From positions 32,001 to 96,000 of IMG/VR virus record IMGVR_UViG_3300021256_000072: 64,000 bases of DNA; one strand, 5' to 3'. The position numbers were made by a program, and so were the translations under genes. The first letter of the stretch is position 1. Each line of letters opens with the position of its first letter. This document shows, in pieces, positions 11,401-21,016 of this stretch. Under the pieces are notes generated by a model. It was not told where the DNA came from. It did not search any database and saw only the letters and a list, made by a program, of their open reading frames with translations. The DNA is from a virus (lineage: Duplodnaviria > Caudoviricetes).

Positions 11401-12760
11401 AAAATGTAGGAAGCTCAGAAATATCGCTAAACCATACAAATTCTTTATTATCATTTTCAACAGTAAGATTCTTCAAACCATCTTCAGTATTTTCTATATT
11501 AACACTGCCATCTTTTGAAATTATTTCTGGTGGTTGAATGTTATATACCCAATCGTTACCTACTTTTGTAATTGAAATAATGCTTCCAGAATATACAGTA
11601 GCCTCAATATCGACTAATTCTTGCTGGTTAATATCAACTACTTTAAATCCAGAAATATTAGAATCGACTACAAAATTGTATGAAGCATTATCTCCAGGGA
11701 TATTTTCGAAAGTAGTAGTTAACTTCTTTTTCTTACAATATTTAGTTATAGTAATGAAGTTGTTGCTATTAGAAGCATCAATACTAGCTTCTCCAACCTG
11801 ATGATAATTAACACTAACGTAATTACTAAACTTTTTATCAGAACCTATAACTGTTAACTCTTCCACTGATCCTGAGAATCCAACGCCAGAAAACCATTGA
11901 ATCTCGTCTTCCCTACATGTAGAACCAAGTACTATAAATTTATAAACAGAAGTAAATCTAGCTGAAGGAGAAGTAGATCGTCTTACAATACCTACGGGAA
12001 CTGTACCATTAACATTGCCTTCAAAGAAATCTTTTGATCTAGTAGTTAGATTTACTCTAGAATTTCCTAAACAATTAGAATAAGTAATAATATCTATAGT
12101 ATTATTTCCGAAGGACCCCACAGTAGCAACAGCCATTACAACTGAAGTTCCAAGAGGTATATTAAAAACTCTTGCATATTCACCAGAGTTAACAATACCA
12201 TCAGGATTATCCGACCAAGTATATATGTTCTTTGAAGAATTTACAGTAATATCTCCACTATTTAATATTCCTTGTAAAAGTTCAGTCAAAGAGTCTTCAT
12301 CAACGAATCTATCTGATCTTCTAATTCTATCCCCAGTAACATACCAGAAAAACCCATCTAATGCAGAGTAGAAAGTTTTATCTTCTGTTATTCTAGTAAA
12401 AACTTTCGTCTCATTATCACTACCTATAGTACAGTAAGATGGTTTATTATTTTCTGGATTATAGCAAACATATACCTCATTGTTTACTAAGCTTGATACA
12501 TCAGGAATTCTTGTGTCATAAACTCCTGTAACTGGTTCAATAGCTCCATTAGAGACTATTACATAATTATCTTTACCTGGACCATCAAGAACTCCTATTG
12601 CCAATATTGAGTTAATATTATGTTGACTATCATAATACCTAACTGTAACTGGTTGACCAGGAACATGAGAAAATTCATTAAGTTTTATTATGGCTACATC
12701 ATATGAACTTTCAATGAGGATATCTCTAGATAGTAATATGGTTGTATTCTTTTCACTCAT
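8405..12760 (-). CDS. Long tail fibre/receptor-binding protein; start more likely the ATG at 12760 (MSEKNTT) than the TTG at 12793
   Basis: N-terminal domain shared with 6443-7660 and aligns from NTTI. Recurrent fibre-type segments (SKLVTSSALYSAV / STNAISSGAVYDAL; HDQYPSAKCVYD). The TTG at 12793 lies inside a terminator hairpin. Confidence 0.65.
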   Translation of the reverse strand: MSEKNTTILLSRDILIESSYDVAIIKLNEFSHVPGQPVTVRYYDSQHNINSILAIGVLDGPGKDNYVIVSNGAIEPVTGVYDTRIPDVSSLVNNEVYVCYNPENNKPSYCTIGSDNETKVFTRITEDKTFYSALDGFFWYVTGDRIRRSDRFVDEDSLTELLQGILNSGDITVNSSKNIYTWSDNPDGIVNSGEYARVFNIPLGTSVVMAVATVGSFGNNTIDIITYSNCLGNSRVNLTTRSKDFFEGNVNGTVPVGIVRRSTSPSARFTSVYKFIVLGSTCREDEIQWFSGVGFSGSVEELTVIGSDKKFSNYVSVNYHQVGEASIDASNSNNFITITKYCKKKKLTTTFENIPGDNASYNFVVDSNISGFKVVDINQQELVDIEATVYSGSIISITKVGNDWVYNIQPPEIISKDGSVNIENTEDGLKNLTVENDNKEFVWFSDISELPTFLHSSVRQYSWIRLLDFSTPDNIETLYQQNCLTTIEVKCRALNLEGVISIGLTDTIYSFGSQIFSETLKNNFEFAIESVSGNGYALYFRPKTENSLETTEFKVLSSPLLWSYSSEKYDQTNTNPYRIKNSYLSPITIQAEYTTNIVENTSKLVTSSALYSAVQELQNQISSIDLTSLSNRVGDIEGNYISSVGINGEVLTPTSGQVNLGKLYCPTNTRVLNSEELIGGVIAKRGSLIYTDPVSGTESILSLSSKSVFHKVIADSLSWWCLGSINEYGVIKVTVSGSKMTTITGNIYSYGTGATEASPILYTDNETLAGYIKYSRKNLYIRGSQIHPFTVEIEDFSGSSFDLIGNSVPTDVDVITLKTSTINLTDVQSLSNAGGVSEVTVESSIPKTFIVSNGTIPIIRVQKTDPSCDCFTFDVIFKDNLSKTLSVRLFLGNASNPVKTLELSDLYTYTGLIYTITYKQDELIYTIKSDLSYPLVVSDLGISVEAISNKVTHLTENCTHDQYPSAKCVYDLKVGQRFSVSSAFDSSNGYNYQLAFKVVTPAVVDVYWVTNSGTHADTLYINGKPGKASTYNIRCHNELGVFSIKYIGGDFYVCIPAKRSSTSSTITYHFSAPIPMESNSTGTCTELTTVSFTSSAIPATFVGQNLELTGDSIYNLSSTSVTNLDFSEYDTVIALAPGNNIIVKGTNLPNEDKIYHIVNSTGENISNLFIEGKNSNNNTINVNINNVQAGADVTLAWVAESNMFTYDISLQEIYSPDKTIKAEKSKNQWKIDVAPSVLDSIASKQPRLVYDPAPIKNSTNAISSGAVYDALLGMTIPSTLVLTSADIGVRLYPVNDCNFIPDIVMTTNYTFDSDEYVLILDKEYSTIVAEYPPTPGDSTAGPNFGLGSTSALSITSGGTTIYPIIRFIVPCGIIQSIRVGASSRPPGVVNGITQFNNGYSFKSMGLSLSRKDLYSHKYLIGHCNYYGLNTFRYRYLEYVHWDGYWYNPYGY

Positions 12761-12780
12761 TTTACTTAAATCTTTTAAAT

Positions 12781-12837
12781 AAAAAAGACTCAAGGACTTT
12801 AAGGATCATTTCCTCAGTATTTGTCCAAGAGTCTTTT
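12781..12837 (-). terminator. Long interrupted hairpin / intrinsic terminator after 12846-13358
   Basis: aaaagactc..ggac...gtcc..gagtctttt inverted repeat with an inner stem; U-tract on the minus strand. Confidence 0.65.
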
Positions 12838-12845
12838 ATTTTCAA

Positions 12846-13358
12846 TTAGCGTTTACCTACAACTCGGAAAGACTCTACAACATCTCCAGCCCAGTGTATG
12901 TCGATAAAGTGATCTCTCTGCATATCGAAAACAAAGTCATTATCTAATTTCTTAAGATCATATTCCTTTCCATCGATAGTAACGAGTGCATATGGGTAAG
13001 TCTCAGCAAGAGATGCATTTGGAGTAACTCTAACAGTAACAACTCCAACTGCTTTTCCATATTTATTGCCCTCGAAATTAGAGTAAGAATTAACTTTATC
13101 AATTTCAGCCTGTTCTTCTTCAGTTGCTAACTCACCTGCAGGTTCTGGCGCTACAAATTCAATAGTAGAATTAAGAAGATTCCCACTTCCATCACGAAGA
13201 TCAAAGACATTATAGAGACTTTCATCATCTACGCCAGCCCAATTAGTCAAAAAACGTGCTTGATAAGGTGCAGATACGACTATGTCTGGGTCTGCCTTGA
13301 AATCATTAGAATAAACCGTAGAATATCTTCCTTCTACCTCATTAACAATAACAGCCAT
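12846..13358 (-). CDS. Hypothetical acidic structural protein
   Basis: 170-aa ORF in the structural operon, followed by a terminator. Confidence 0.55.
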   Translation of the reverse strand: MAVIVNEVEGRYSTVYSNDFKADPDIVVSAPYQARFLTNWAGVDDESLYNVFDLRDGSGNLLNSTIEFVAPEPAGELATEEEQAEIDKVNSYSNFEGNKYGKAVGVVTVRVTPNASLAETYPYALVTIDGKEYDLKKLDNDFVFDMQRDHFIDIHWAGDVVESFRVVGKR

Positions 13359-13377
13359 AAATCTTATTTTTTATAAA

Positions 13378-16300
13378 TTAATCCATTACATAATTAAAGT
13401 ACAAGTTGAAAGAGAACTCTAATGAATTTCCATAGTATTTATAATTATATGTATTTTTATGGAATATTTCATCTCTTAATGTAATTTTAAGATCTCTCAT
13501 ACAGAAATTAACCTCTCCACTAGATGCCGCTGATACAGTTAATATCAATGTTGGTTTATAAATTGCAGTGGTTAATTCTTCAAGAGTATATTCTGAAAAG
13601 ATTTCATCAAAATTAACACCAAAAGATTCAGTTCCTTCCGAGTCACAGATAAAATAACTAGGATTTGTCCAATAGTTATTTATGGTTTCTGGAAGATTGA
13701 CATTAGTAGTTTGTAATGTCCATTGATTCAACGAATATACATACTCTTTTCTTTCTGCTACTAAAGCCATGTTGTAACTACTAGCACTCGAAGAACCTAT
13801 CGAAATCATTGAAGACGGAGTAAATTCATTAGTCGTCTTATTATTAATCAATACGGTATAATATCCTTGTGAGTAATTTATAGTAATAGAATTAGAGTCG
13901 TCTTCAGTTGATATAATCAATGTTCCATCTCTTTTTGCTCTTGTATTATTAAATGGGAGTTGAACATCTATAACGAAGTGATATAATACGTCGTTATTAG
14001 CAGATACACCTTCCTCGTATAAGTCGCCTGTATAATTTCCATCTAAATAAAGCGTTCCTTGAGGATCTGAGGCTTTTAATTTGCTTACATTTGAAACAAT
14101 ATCTATCGAAGTGGTAACCAGAGGATCAAATACCCCGTGAGTAGCTATACAAGTTCCATCAGACAAGAAAGGAATCAAGTTACCATTAGCTGCACTATCA
14201 ACCCAAGTAATCGTAGGAACTATAGCACCTTGATTAATAACAAATGTAACTTCATCCGTAATGCCATCTTCATTTTGATAGATAACAGTACAATTCATTA
14301 CATTTACTATAGGCGAACTATTTTTTGGGAAAGAGAATACCAGGCTTGAATCTCCAATAGTGTAACTAATATTGGAGTCACATAATACTTCTAATCCAGA
14401 TATAGTCTCTAAGTTAGGCAGTGTTACAGCTTTACAATTCACTTCTACACTCTCATCACCTGAACTAACTGTAATTTGAACATGATTATTATTTCCTACT
14501 TCTTTTCCAACATACAGATTATCATTAACTACAATTCCTGTATTATGACCTTTCTGTACACCTTTTACAACAAACTCATACCCTGGTTCTGGAGTAGAGC
14601 TGCCTTGTTTCATTACAGATATTGTGTAAGGAGCAGACCATTCCAAATCTTCTGAAACAGCACTTACTTGATCTGGGTTTGATAAGTAGTCCGAAATAAC
14701 ACAAGATCTATCAGTGCAACTAATCTTAACAGCATTATCGATCTTATTGGATATTAAATTAACCCCAATGCTCTCTGCTATACAATTAACAGCTTCATCT
14801 GGATTATTAGCTACTGTGTCTCCAACTAATGATGAGGAGTAGTTTATTACAGGCTTGATATTACCACCAACAAAAGGTATATCATCCACGTCTGTCATAT
14901 AAACTATATCCTTGACATAACGCAATTGTAGTGATATTGAAGAGGATAATAAATCTCTTGTAAATTCCACAAGTTCAATTCTATTATTATCATTCCAACC
15001 AATACCGGAACTAAATGCGCCATACCCTGCTTCATTCCCTTCATCCCATATCCAATCTATACTTAATAGATGAACGAAATCAGGGTAATTATTCGATACA
15101 GCTGTTTCAGTATCTTGAGACCATGTTCCTTTATCATTAGGATATGGTTGAGGAGCTAATGTCGAATCAGATTCAGCGTTTCCTCCATCAAAAACTAAGT
15201 ACGGTTCTTGTTTTTGTATAGAACCAGTAATATCCGGCCTGAAATATAAGTACAAGGTTCCTAACGAAGTTGAGTCCAGATCACTATCACTATTATAAGA
15301 ATTGCTACTAATTAAGCTAAAGTATACCCCCTTGTGTAGTCCTGCATTGGCGTCTTGCTTGATAACATACTTAGCACTAGCAGGAGGTGAAGTAACATAA
15401 GGATTATTACTAATTTTAACTCCTGCAGCAAATTCTGTAATGGCTAATGTCTCTACAAACTGTTCTGAATTAGGATACATCAGTGCCGTAGGAATATTAC
15501 CTTCTTCACCTCCTGGATATTCAACCATGTCCAGAGGTATTACTACTTTAGCAAAATAATTAGAAGGGTAGTAATCATTTTGATCACTATAGATAAGCTG
15601 TCCTCCTAGTTGTACTGTAGGCATTTTCTCCTTAACTTCTGAATAAGTTATAGTAGCAGAATACCCAGACTCGTCTCCTATATTCTTAACAATATTCCAA
15701 GGTTCATTGAAATAAGTATTATTAGTTCCAAGCCCTAAATTATTATTTAATAAAGCCGCCGTCCTATAATTAGTATAACCTACCCATTTAGGAGCAAGAG
15801 GCTGTGGCAGTTTGAAGAAATAATATGCATTATATTTCAACTCAGGATCAAAATAGATCTCTAAATTAGTTATAAACAGTTTTGTAGGAAGCTGAGGATA
15901 ACGTGAATACCCACTAGGATTTATACATTCAAAAGTAAACCCTCTAAGTACTCCTTCTTCGTATGTAGGGAAAATAATTTTAACGGATCGATTAAAGTAC
16001 GATAAAGCCGAATCGTCTGGGGTTGAAGGCGCACTGATTGAAATTTTTGATTGAAGATTGTATTTATTAGCGAGATTAACCAGGGTAGCAACATTAACTG
16101 GACTAGTATCACTTATCGTGTAAAACAAAGAGTAATTACAGTTGAAATTTACATACAGCGGACTATCGTGAGGAACGAAGAAGTACTGATTGAAGAGTAC
16201 CTTTTTATCTATTGAGGTTAAATAGCCAGAATATCTTAAATGACCGTCATTAATCTCATCATCGACATCAGGACTAAAGTCAATCTCATAGCCTAAAGAA

Positions 16301-18561
16301 TCATTCTTCACAATATTAATAACTACTTTTCCTTCAATCTTCAAAAAATCTGGTGTATATGAAAATTCTACAGATCCAAATTCGGTATTATCATTGAAGC
16401 ACATTGCATCGAAAAACATAGTTTCGAATACTAATGGAACTTCTACAGAATCTCCTGAAGTATTGGATATATAGTATAAATTCTTGCCAACATTAGTTAT
16501 CTCATCGGTCTGTCCAGTAACATAAACCTTCATATTATATTCCGGATTATTGGACAGCAGATGAATTAATTGATTAGCAGAATAAATTGATGAATTACTT
16601 CCCAACCAAAATCTAGACTCATTGCCAGGAACAAATCTACAGTAAAAACTCATATTACTGCTTACGTTTACTGGCATTGCTTTAATCTTCTCTAATTCCA
16701 AAGGCTCAGCAGGAACAGTTAAGTAAGGCGGCTTTCCTTTCTTAATCACTTTAACGTATGCAGTAGAGACTGATAAATTCATTCTCCAATCTGAGTTATC
16801 TGTAATTAAAGGGTTAGTTAGGTATCTTGTAAATTGAAGAACTCCATAGACTGTATCCTTTAAATTTTGAGGAACGTCATTTACTTCTACTGCTATCTGA
16901 TTTGCCGTTAAAAAATTTCCCTGCCCCGTACTTTCATCATAATAACAGTTAATTTCACCTATTTCTGGAGTTATAATTACACCATCTACAGGAGAAGTTA
17001 ATTTCCAATAATCTCCCTCAGATTGAACATTAGTACCAAGTGCAATAAATCCCATAGTTTGATTATTCTCAAGAACTATAGTATCTATTTCCGGTCCTAC
17101 TCCTGAATATACCTTAAGCTTTTGGGTTTTTGGTTTCTGTACTAAGTAGAAAACTCCAGGCTTATAAGTAATGTCTGTATCTACTAAACCTATATTAAGT
17201 GGGATTAACTTAAATTCATTGTTAACCATACAAGGAATAGGAATAGATTCAGACTCATTTATCTGATTGGTAGAAAGGCTTACTTCGAATTTAATCTTAT
17301 CTCCTTCAAATATTGGATCACTATATTCTATAGTAAATTTAGAACACATATAATCCAATTCCTCTTTTGTTCCAGCAGAGATATTAATATTATTTTTATC
17401 AATAACCTCTTCTGTAGCAATCTCTAAAGTGAATTTATGTACAGTAGTTCCATCTGCTTCGAATAAGAACAAGTAATTATTCAGTTCTGTATATGGAGTT
17501 GTTGGATCTATTATTTTAACATAAGATTCAAAACTTCCCTGTACTAGTTTAAAACTATTTGAAGTAATAGTTTTTACATTCTTATTCTCATCAAGGAAAG
17601 ATAATTCAAGATGGAAAATTCCCCAAGGTGCAGTATCAAAACTAGTCTGCATAGCATAGATTACTCGATTCCAAGTATTATCTACAATACAAACAAATGT
17701 AGGAGACTTTTCTTCTTCTACAATAGTAACACCATCTACACCAGAAATTTCAGTAATACCGCTTCCAATTCTTTCTATTACTCCATCCTTTCCTACTTTG
17801 AACTCTTCATACTCAACAGTTCCCCTAACTTGAACATAACCTCCTTCAGCTCGTAAACGATACTTTGTCATAATTGCTGATCCTGAAGAGTCAAACAATA
17901 CAGGCTTTAATGTTCCAGGTTTGTAAGTTTTGAATGTATAGTAAGAATTCTGATAACCTCCATCTACATCTATACATCTTCCCTCTTTACATCCCTCTTC
18001 TGCAGATTGTTTTCTAAGAAATCGGTAATAACTGTCTTTACTAACTAGAACTTCATCACTTTCATCTATAACTAGGATATTCTTAACTCCACTCCAGACA
18101 CCTTCTAAGAAATCAAAGTCGTTAATTACATCCTTTCTATAATTTACGAATTCCGCTCTAGTACTCTCTAAAAATTGAAGGTTAATTATGTTATTCCCAG
18201 TAAGACACAACTCATCATCACTTTCAGGAACTAATACAAATGCAAGTTTTACTATTTCTTCATATCCATAATAAAAGAATAAAGCTTTAATATATCCTGC
18301 AGTAGCGGTTAGATAATCTCCAGAAGGTATTGTTACTTTAATATTATCTATATTGATTTGTAGTGTCTTAGTTGAAGTATCCCATAGACATCTACTCTCA
18401 GTGTGCTCTATATTCTCTAAAGATTTACTTACGCCAGAGGCACAAAGAGCAATAATCGAACTTTCTGAAAGAGCATCAGTTTTCTCTTCCCAAGCTGATA
18501 AATAAATCTCAGTTGGAATATTCAGCTCTTTCTTAAATTCGTCGCTAAAAAATACTTTCAT
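13378..18561 (-). CDS. Very large baseplate/fibre-associated protein with BACON/Ig-like modules
   Basis: 1727 aa, beta-rich. Segments such as PFNNTRAKRDGTLIIST...SITINYSQG and PKNSSP...TFVINQG resemble BACON-type Ig modules. Confidence 0.5.
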   Translation of the reverse strand: MKVFFSDEFKKELNIPTEIYLSAWEEKTDALSESSIIALCASGVSKSLENIEHTESRCLWDTSTKTLQINIDNIKVTIPSGDYLTATAGYIKALFFYYGYEEIVKLAFVLVPESDDELCLTGNNIINLQFLESTRAEFVNYRKDVINDFDFLEGVWSGVKNILVIDESDEVLVSKDSYYRFLRKQSAEEGCKEGRCIDVDGGYQNSYYTFKTYKPGTLKPVLFDSSGSAIMTKYRLRAEGGYVQVRGTVEYEEFKVGKDGVIERIGSGITEISGVDGVTIVEEEKSPTFVCIVDNTWNRVIYAMQTSFDTAPWGIFHLELSFLDENKNVKTITSNSFKLVQGSFESYVKIIDPTTPYTELNNYLFLFEADGTTVHKFTLEIATEEVIDKNNINISAGTKEELDYMCSKFTIEYSDPIFEGDKIKFEVSLSTNQINESESIPIPCMVNNEFKLIPLNIGLVDTDITYKPGVFYLVQKPKTQKLKVYSGVGPEIDTIVLENNQTMGFIALGTNVQSEGDYWKLTSPVDGVIITPEIGEINCYYDESTGQGNFLTANQIAVEVNDVPQNLKDTVYGVLQFTRYLTNPLITDNSDWRMNLSVSTAYVKVIKKGKPPYLTVPAEPLELEKIKAMPVNVSSNMSFYCRFVPGNESRFWLGSNSSIYSANQLIHLLSNNPEYNMKVYVTGQTDEITNVGKNLYYISNTSGDSVEVPLVFETMFFDAMCFNDNTEFGSVEFSYTPDFLKIEGKVVINIVKNDSLGYEIDFSPDVDDEINDGHLRYSGYLTSIDKKVLFNQYFFVPHDSPLYVNFNCNYSLFYTISDTSPVNVATLVNLANKYNLQSKISISAPSTPDDSALSYFNRSVKIIFPTYEEGVLRGFTFECINPSGYSRYPQLPTKLFITNLEIYFDPELKYNAYYFFKLPQPLAPKWVGYTNYRTAALLNNNLGLGTNNTYFNEPWNIVKNIGDESGYSATITYSEVKEKMPTVQLGGQLIYSDQNDYYPSNYFAKVVIPLDMVEYPGGEEGNIPTALMYPNSEQFVETLAITEFAAGVKISNNPYVTSPPASAKYVIKQDANAGLHKGVYFSLISSNSYNSDSDLDSTSLGTLYLYFRPDITGSIQKQEPYLVFDGGNAESDSTLAPQPYPNDKGTWSQDTETAVSNNYPDFVHLLSIDWIWDEGNEAGYGAFSSGIGWNDNNRIELVEFTRDLLSSSISLQLRYVKDIVYMTDVDDIPFVGGNIKPVINYSSSLVGDTVANNPDEAVNCIAESIGVNLISNKIDNAVKISCTDRSCVISDYLSNPDQVSAVSEDLEWSAPYTISVMKQGSSTPEPGYEFVVKGVQKGHNTGIVVNDNLYVGKEVGNNNHVQITVSSGDESVEVNCKAVTLPNLETISGLEVLCDSNISYTIGDSSLVFSFPKNSSPIVNVMNCTVIYQNEDGITDEVTFVINQGAIVPTITWVDSAANGNLIPFLSDGTCIATHGVFDPLVTTSIDIVSNVSKLKASDPQGTLYLDGNYTGDLYEEGVSANNDVLYHFVIDVQLPFNNTRAKRDGTLIISTEDDSNSITINYSQGYYTVLINNKTTNEFTPSSMISIGSSSASSYNMALVAERKEYVYSLNQWTLQTTNVNLPETINNYWTNPSYFICDSEGTESFGVNFDEIFSEYTLEELTTAIYKPTLILTVSAASSGEVNFCMRDLKITLRDEIFHKNTYNYKYYGNSLEFSFNLYFNYVMD

Positions 18562-18567
18562 ATAATT

Positions 18568-20172
18568 TTATAAATAATTAATTGTTTTTCCATTTTTATA
18601 AAAAAGCAAACCTTCACATCCACCTATAATATCCGGAATCCCAATAATATCTACTGGGTAACTATTCTTTCTAAATTTATTAAAAATGGTAGTGAATAGT
18701 TCTTCTTTCTTTTCTATTATTAAAATGTTTCCTTCTTCATAATATTCTCTGTAAAGATCATCATAAGATCCATTACTGTTAAATAGGATGATCTTTCCAT
18801 TTATTTCATCTTTGCTTAAATTTCCACTTTCTACAATATTTCTAGCCCTCTCTGAATAATAAGTCTTTTCATAACCGTAATACATAACGTAATAATTATC
18901 TTCTTTAAGAAGAATTACATTATCATTAAGGATTATTAATTTATCCAGATCATCCTTAGTTAAATAAATTGATGAAGTAGGAGAAGCGCATATATATAAA
19001 TCAGAACTAGTGCTGTAATTATATTGTAAAATAAACCAAGATCCAATTCTTCTATATATTTTTAGATTCTTTACAAACAGCTGAGAAACGTCAATATATA
19101 GATTTAACAATTCTGGACAAGCTAGAACGAAATTATCCCAACCAGCTTCTAATCTAGTAAGCCCAGTTTTAAAAGATCTCTCATTTACTACTAACTCTCC
19201 TTCAGACTCTATAAATCTATCATTAATTACATCATAAATTCTAGATTCTCCATTTACATCTACTAGAATATACCTACCAGAACATGAAATTATTTTCTGA
19301 GTTGTATTTTCTGAAAAAGCCGGAACTACACAGAAACCAGCACTTTTAGTATGAATATCTTGTCCACTAGTTGATCCAATTGGAGTAACTTTACCTTTTG
19401 TGCTAATATCTAAATTATCTCTAGTATAAGCTCTAGGATTTCCAAATAAATTAGCCATCGTCATAGAATAGATTGAATATTTATCATCAACCCACTCTAA
19501 TAATACGATATCAGATCCATTCTTACAGAAAGAATAGTTAGTAAATCCAATTCCATGGGGATCATAATTCTTATTTTTCAGTACATTACAGTGATAAAAC
19601 CCAGAACTAATAATTCCATTAGAAGATGTAACTATGGTCTTATTTCGTTCCAGATCTTCTACGTGTACAGTATAACTAGTCTTTGGTGCAGGAATATTAG
19701 CAAACACTTTTTTACTTGATGTGTACTCGTAATCCTCTTCTCCTAATAAAATTAAGGAAAGATTTGTTACTTTAAGTTGAGAAAGATTACATCCATCAAT
19801 AACAGCACCCAAAGAATTATTTGATGTTGTAGTAATTTTAATTTGGATAGAAATATTCCTAGATAATCCTTGAACATTATTAAATTCAGTGAAACCTATT
19901 GGAGTATTATCTGCCTGTAAATATATTATTAGGTCAAATCCGTTTATTTTTCCATTCTTAAAATTATACTCGAACGTATCTTTTTCAGTTCTTACTAAAT
20001 CAAGATGAGGGCTGCTTAAAATTACCGTACTATAGTAATTTTTCATTCCATACAGAGAGATTTTAGTGCTTAGAAGGGACTGATTAAACAACACTATTTT
20101 TTTACTACTAGAAGCTGTTGCGGCTGACCCTAAAAGCTGAGTCTGAGATCCGCCTGTATTAGGACTTAGCAT
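18568..20172 (-). CDS. Hypothetical baseplate/tail-associated protein
   Basis: 534-aa ORF overlapping the upstream gene in the baseplate operon. Confidence 0.5.
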   Translation of the reverse strand: MLSPNTGGSQTQLLGSAATASSSKKIVLFNQSLLSTKISLYGMKNYYSTVILSSPHLDLVRTEKDTFEYNFKNGKINGFDLIIYLQADNTPIGFTEFNNVQGLSRNISIQIKITTTSNNSLGAVIDGCNLSQLKVTNLSLILLGEEDYEYTSSKKVFANIPAPKTSYTVHVEDLERNKTIVTSSNGIISSGFYHCNVLKNKNYDPHGIGFTNYSFCKNGSDIVLLEWVDDKYSIYSMTMANLFGNPRAYTRDNLDISTKGKVTPIGSTSGQDIHTKSAGFCVVPAFSENTTQKIISCSGRYILVDVNGESRIYDVINDRFIESEGELVVNERSFKTGLTRLEAGWDNFVLACPELLNLYIDVSQLFVKNLKIYRRIGSWFILQYNYSTSSDLYICASPTSSIYLTKDDLDKLIILNDNVILLKEDNYYVMYYGYEKTYYSERARNIVESGNLSKDEINGKIILFNSNGSYDDLYREYYEEGNILIIEKKEELFTTIFNKFRKNSYPVDIIGIPDIIGGCEGLLFYKNGKTINYL

Positions 20173-21016
20173 AAGTTAATATACAATTATTTATGATGCA
20201 TTCAGTTACATTAGGGTCCATTGGATAAATTTTAAAAACTCCATCAATAAATTCAGCCTGAACTTTTGAATTAATATCTTGAATGAAGTTTTTACTTTCT
20301 AATGTTAAATTTTGATCATAGTTAAATACAGAAAACGCTATATTTCCAGAATAAATTTTTCCGGAATTCATAGAGTATCTTACATCTAAATTTACACTTC
20401 CACTTAAACCCTGACCGACACTATGCCGAATTATACCGTTAAAATTTATAGTATCTGTATAAACGTCAGATTCTCCAGATATTAAAGTAATGGTAAAAGG
20501 GCGATTATTAACTAGATCCACCCCATTATTTGCAGATGAGATCATAAAGTCAAATCCCACTCTATCATTACTCTCATACAATGAACTATATCGTGCATCT
20601 ATTGAAATTACATCTGCGGTTGATAATGTTTGTTCATCCGTAAACTCAATACCATCAGAGAACTTGGATACATCCTGAGAAATAGGGTGAATTATAGTAG
20701 GTACTTCTCCACCTCCTAATGCTTTCGGATTTAATTTTATTTTAAAAGTATTGTCATTCTCTGCATAACTAAGGCCCTCTCTAAAATAAGACTTAGCAGA
20801 AAGGGCCCGAGTTAGTTCAGAGCATTTTATCGATCTGAACTGAGATGAATTATTTAATAAAGTAACAATTTCATCGTCAGTCTCTTTATCGTATGGAAGG
20901 TAAACAAATCCATTCTCTGTTATACTTATTTCACCGGGATTAGGTCTTTGATCAGTTATTATTCCCAAGTGATCAATATATCCAGGAACAGTATTAGTGT
21001 CAAGTTTACTGCTCAT
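20159..21016 (-). CDS. Hypothetical baseplate/tail-associated protein
   Basis: 285-aa ORF overlapping both neighbours. Confidence 0.5.
   Translation of the reverse strand: MSSKLDTNTVPGYIDHLGIITDQRPNPGEISITENGFVYLPYDKETDDEIVTLLNNSSQFRSIKCSELTRALSAKSYFREGLSYAENDNTFKIKLNPKALGGGEVPTIIHPISQDVSKFSDGIEFTDEQTLSTADVISIDARYSSLYESNDRVGFDFMISSANNGVDLVNNRPFTITLISGESDVYTDTINFNGIIRHSVGQGLSGSVNLDVRYSMNSGKIYSGNIAFSVFNYDQNLTLESKNFIQDINSKVQAEFIDGVFKIYPMDPNVTECIINNCILTYAKS

Noticed and set aside
368-18561. Diversity-generating retroelement or invertible fibre cassette
   Set aside because: No reverse transcriptase, invertase or template/variable repeat pair was seen in the window; elements elsewhere cannot be excluded.
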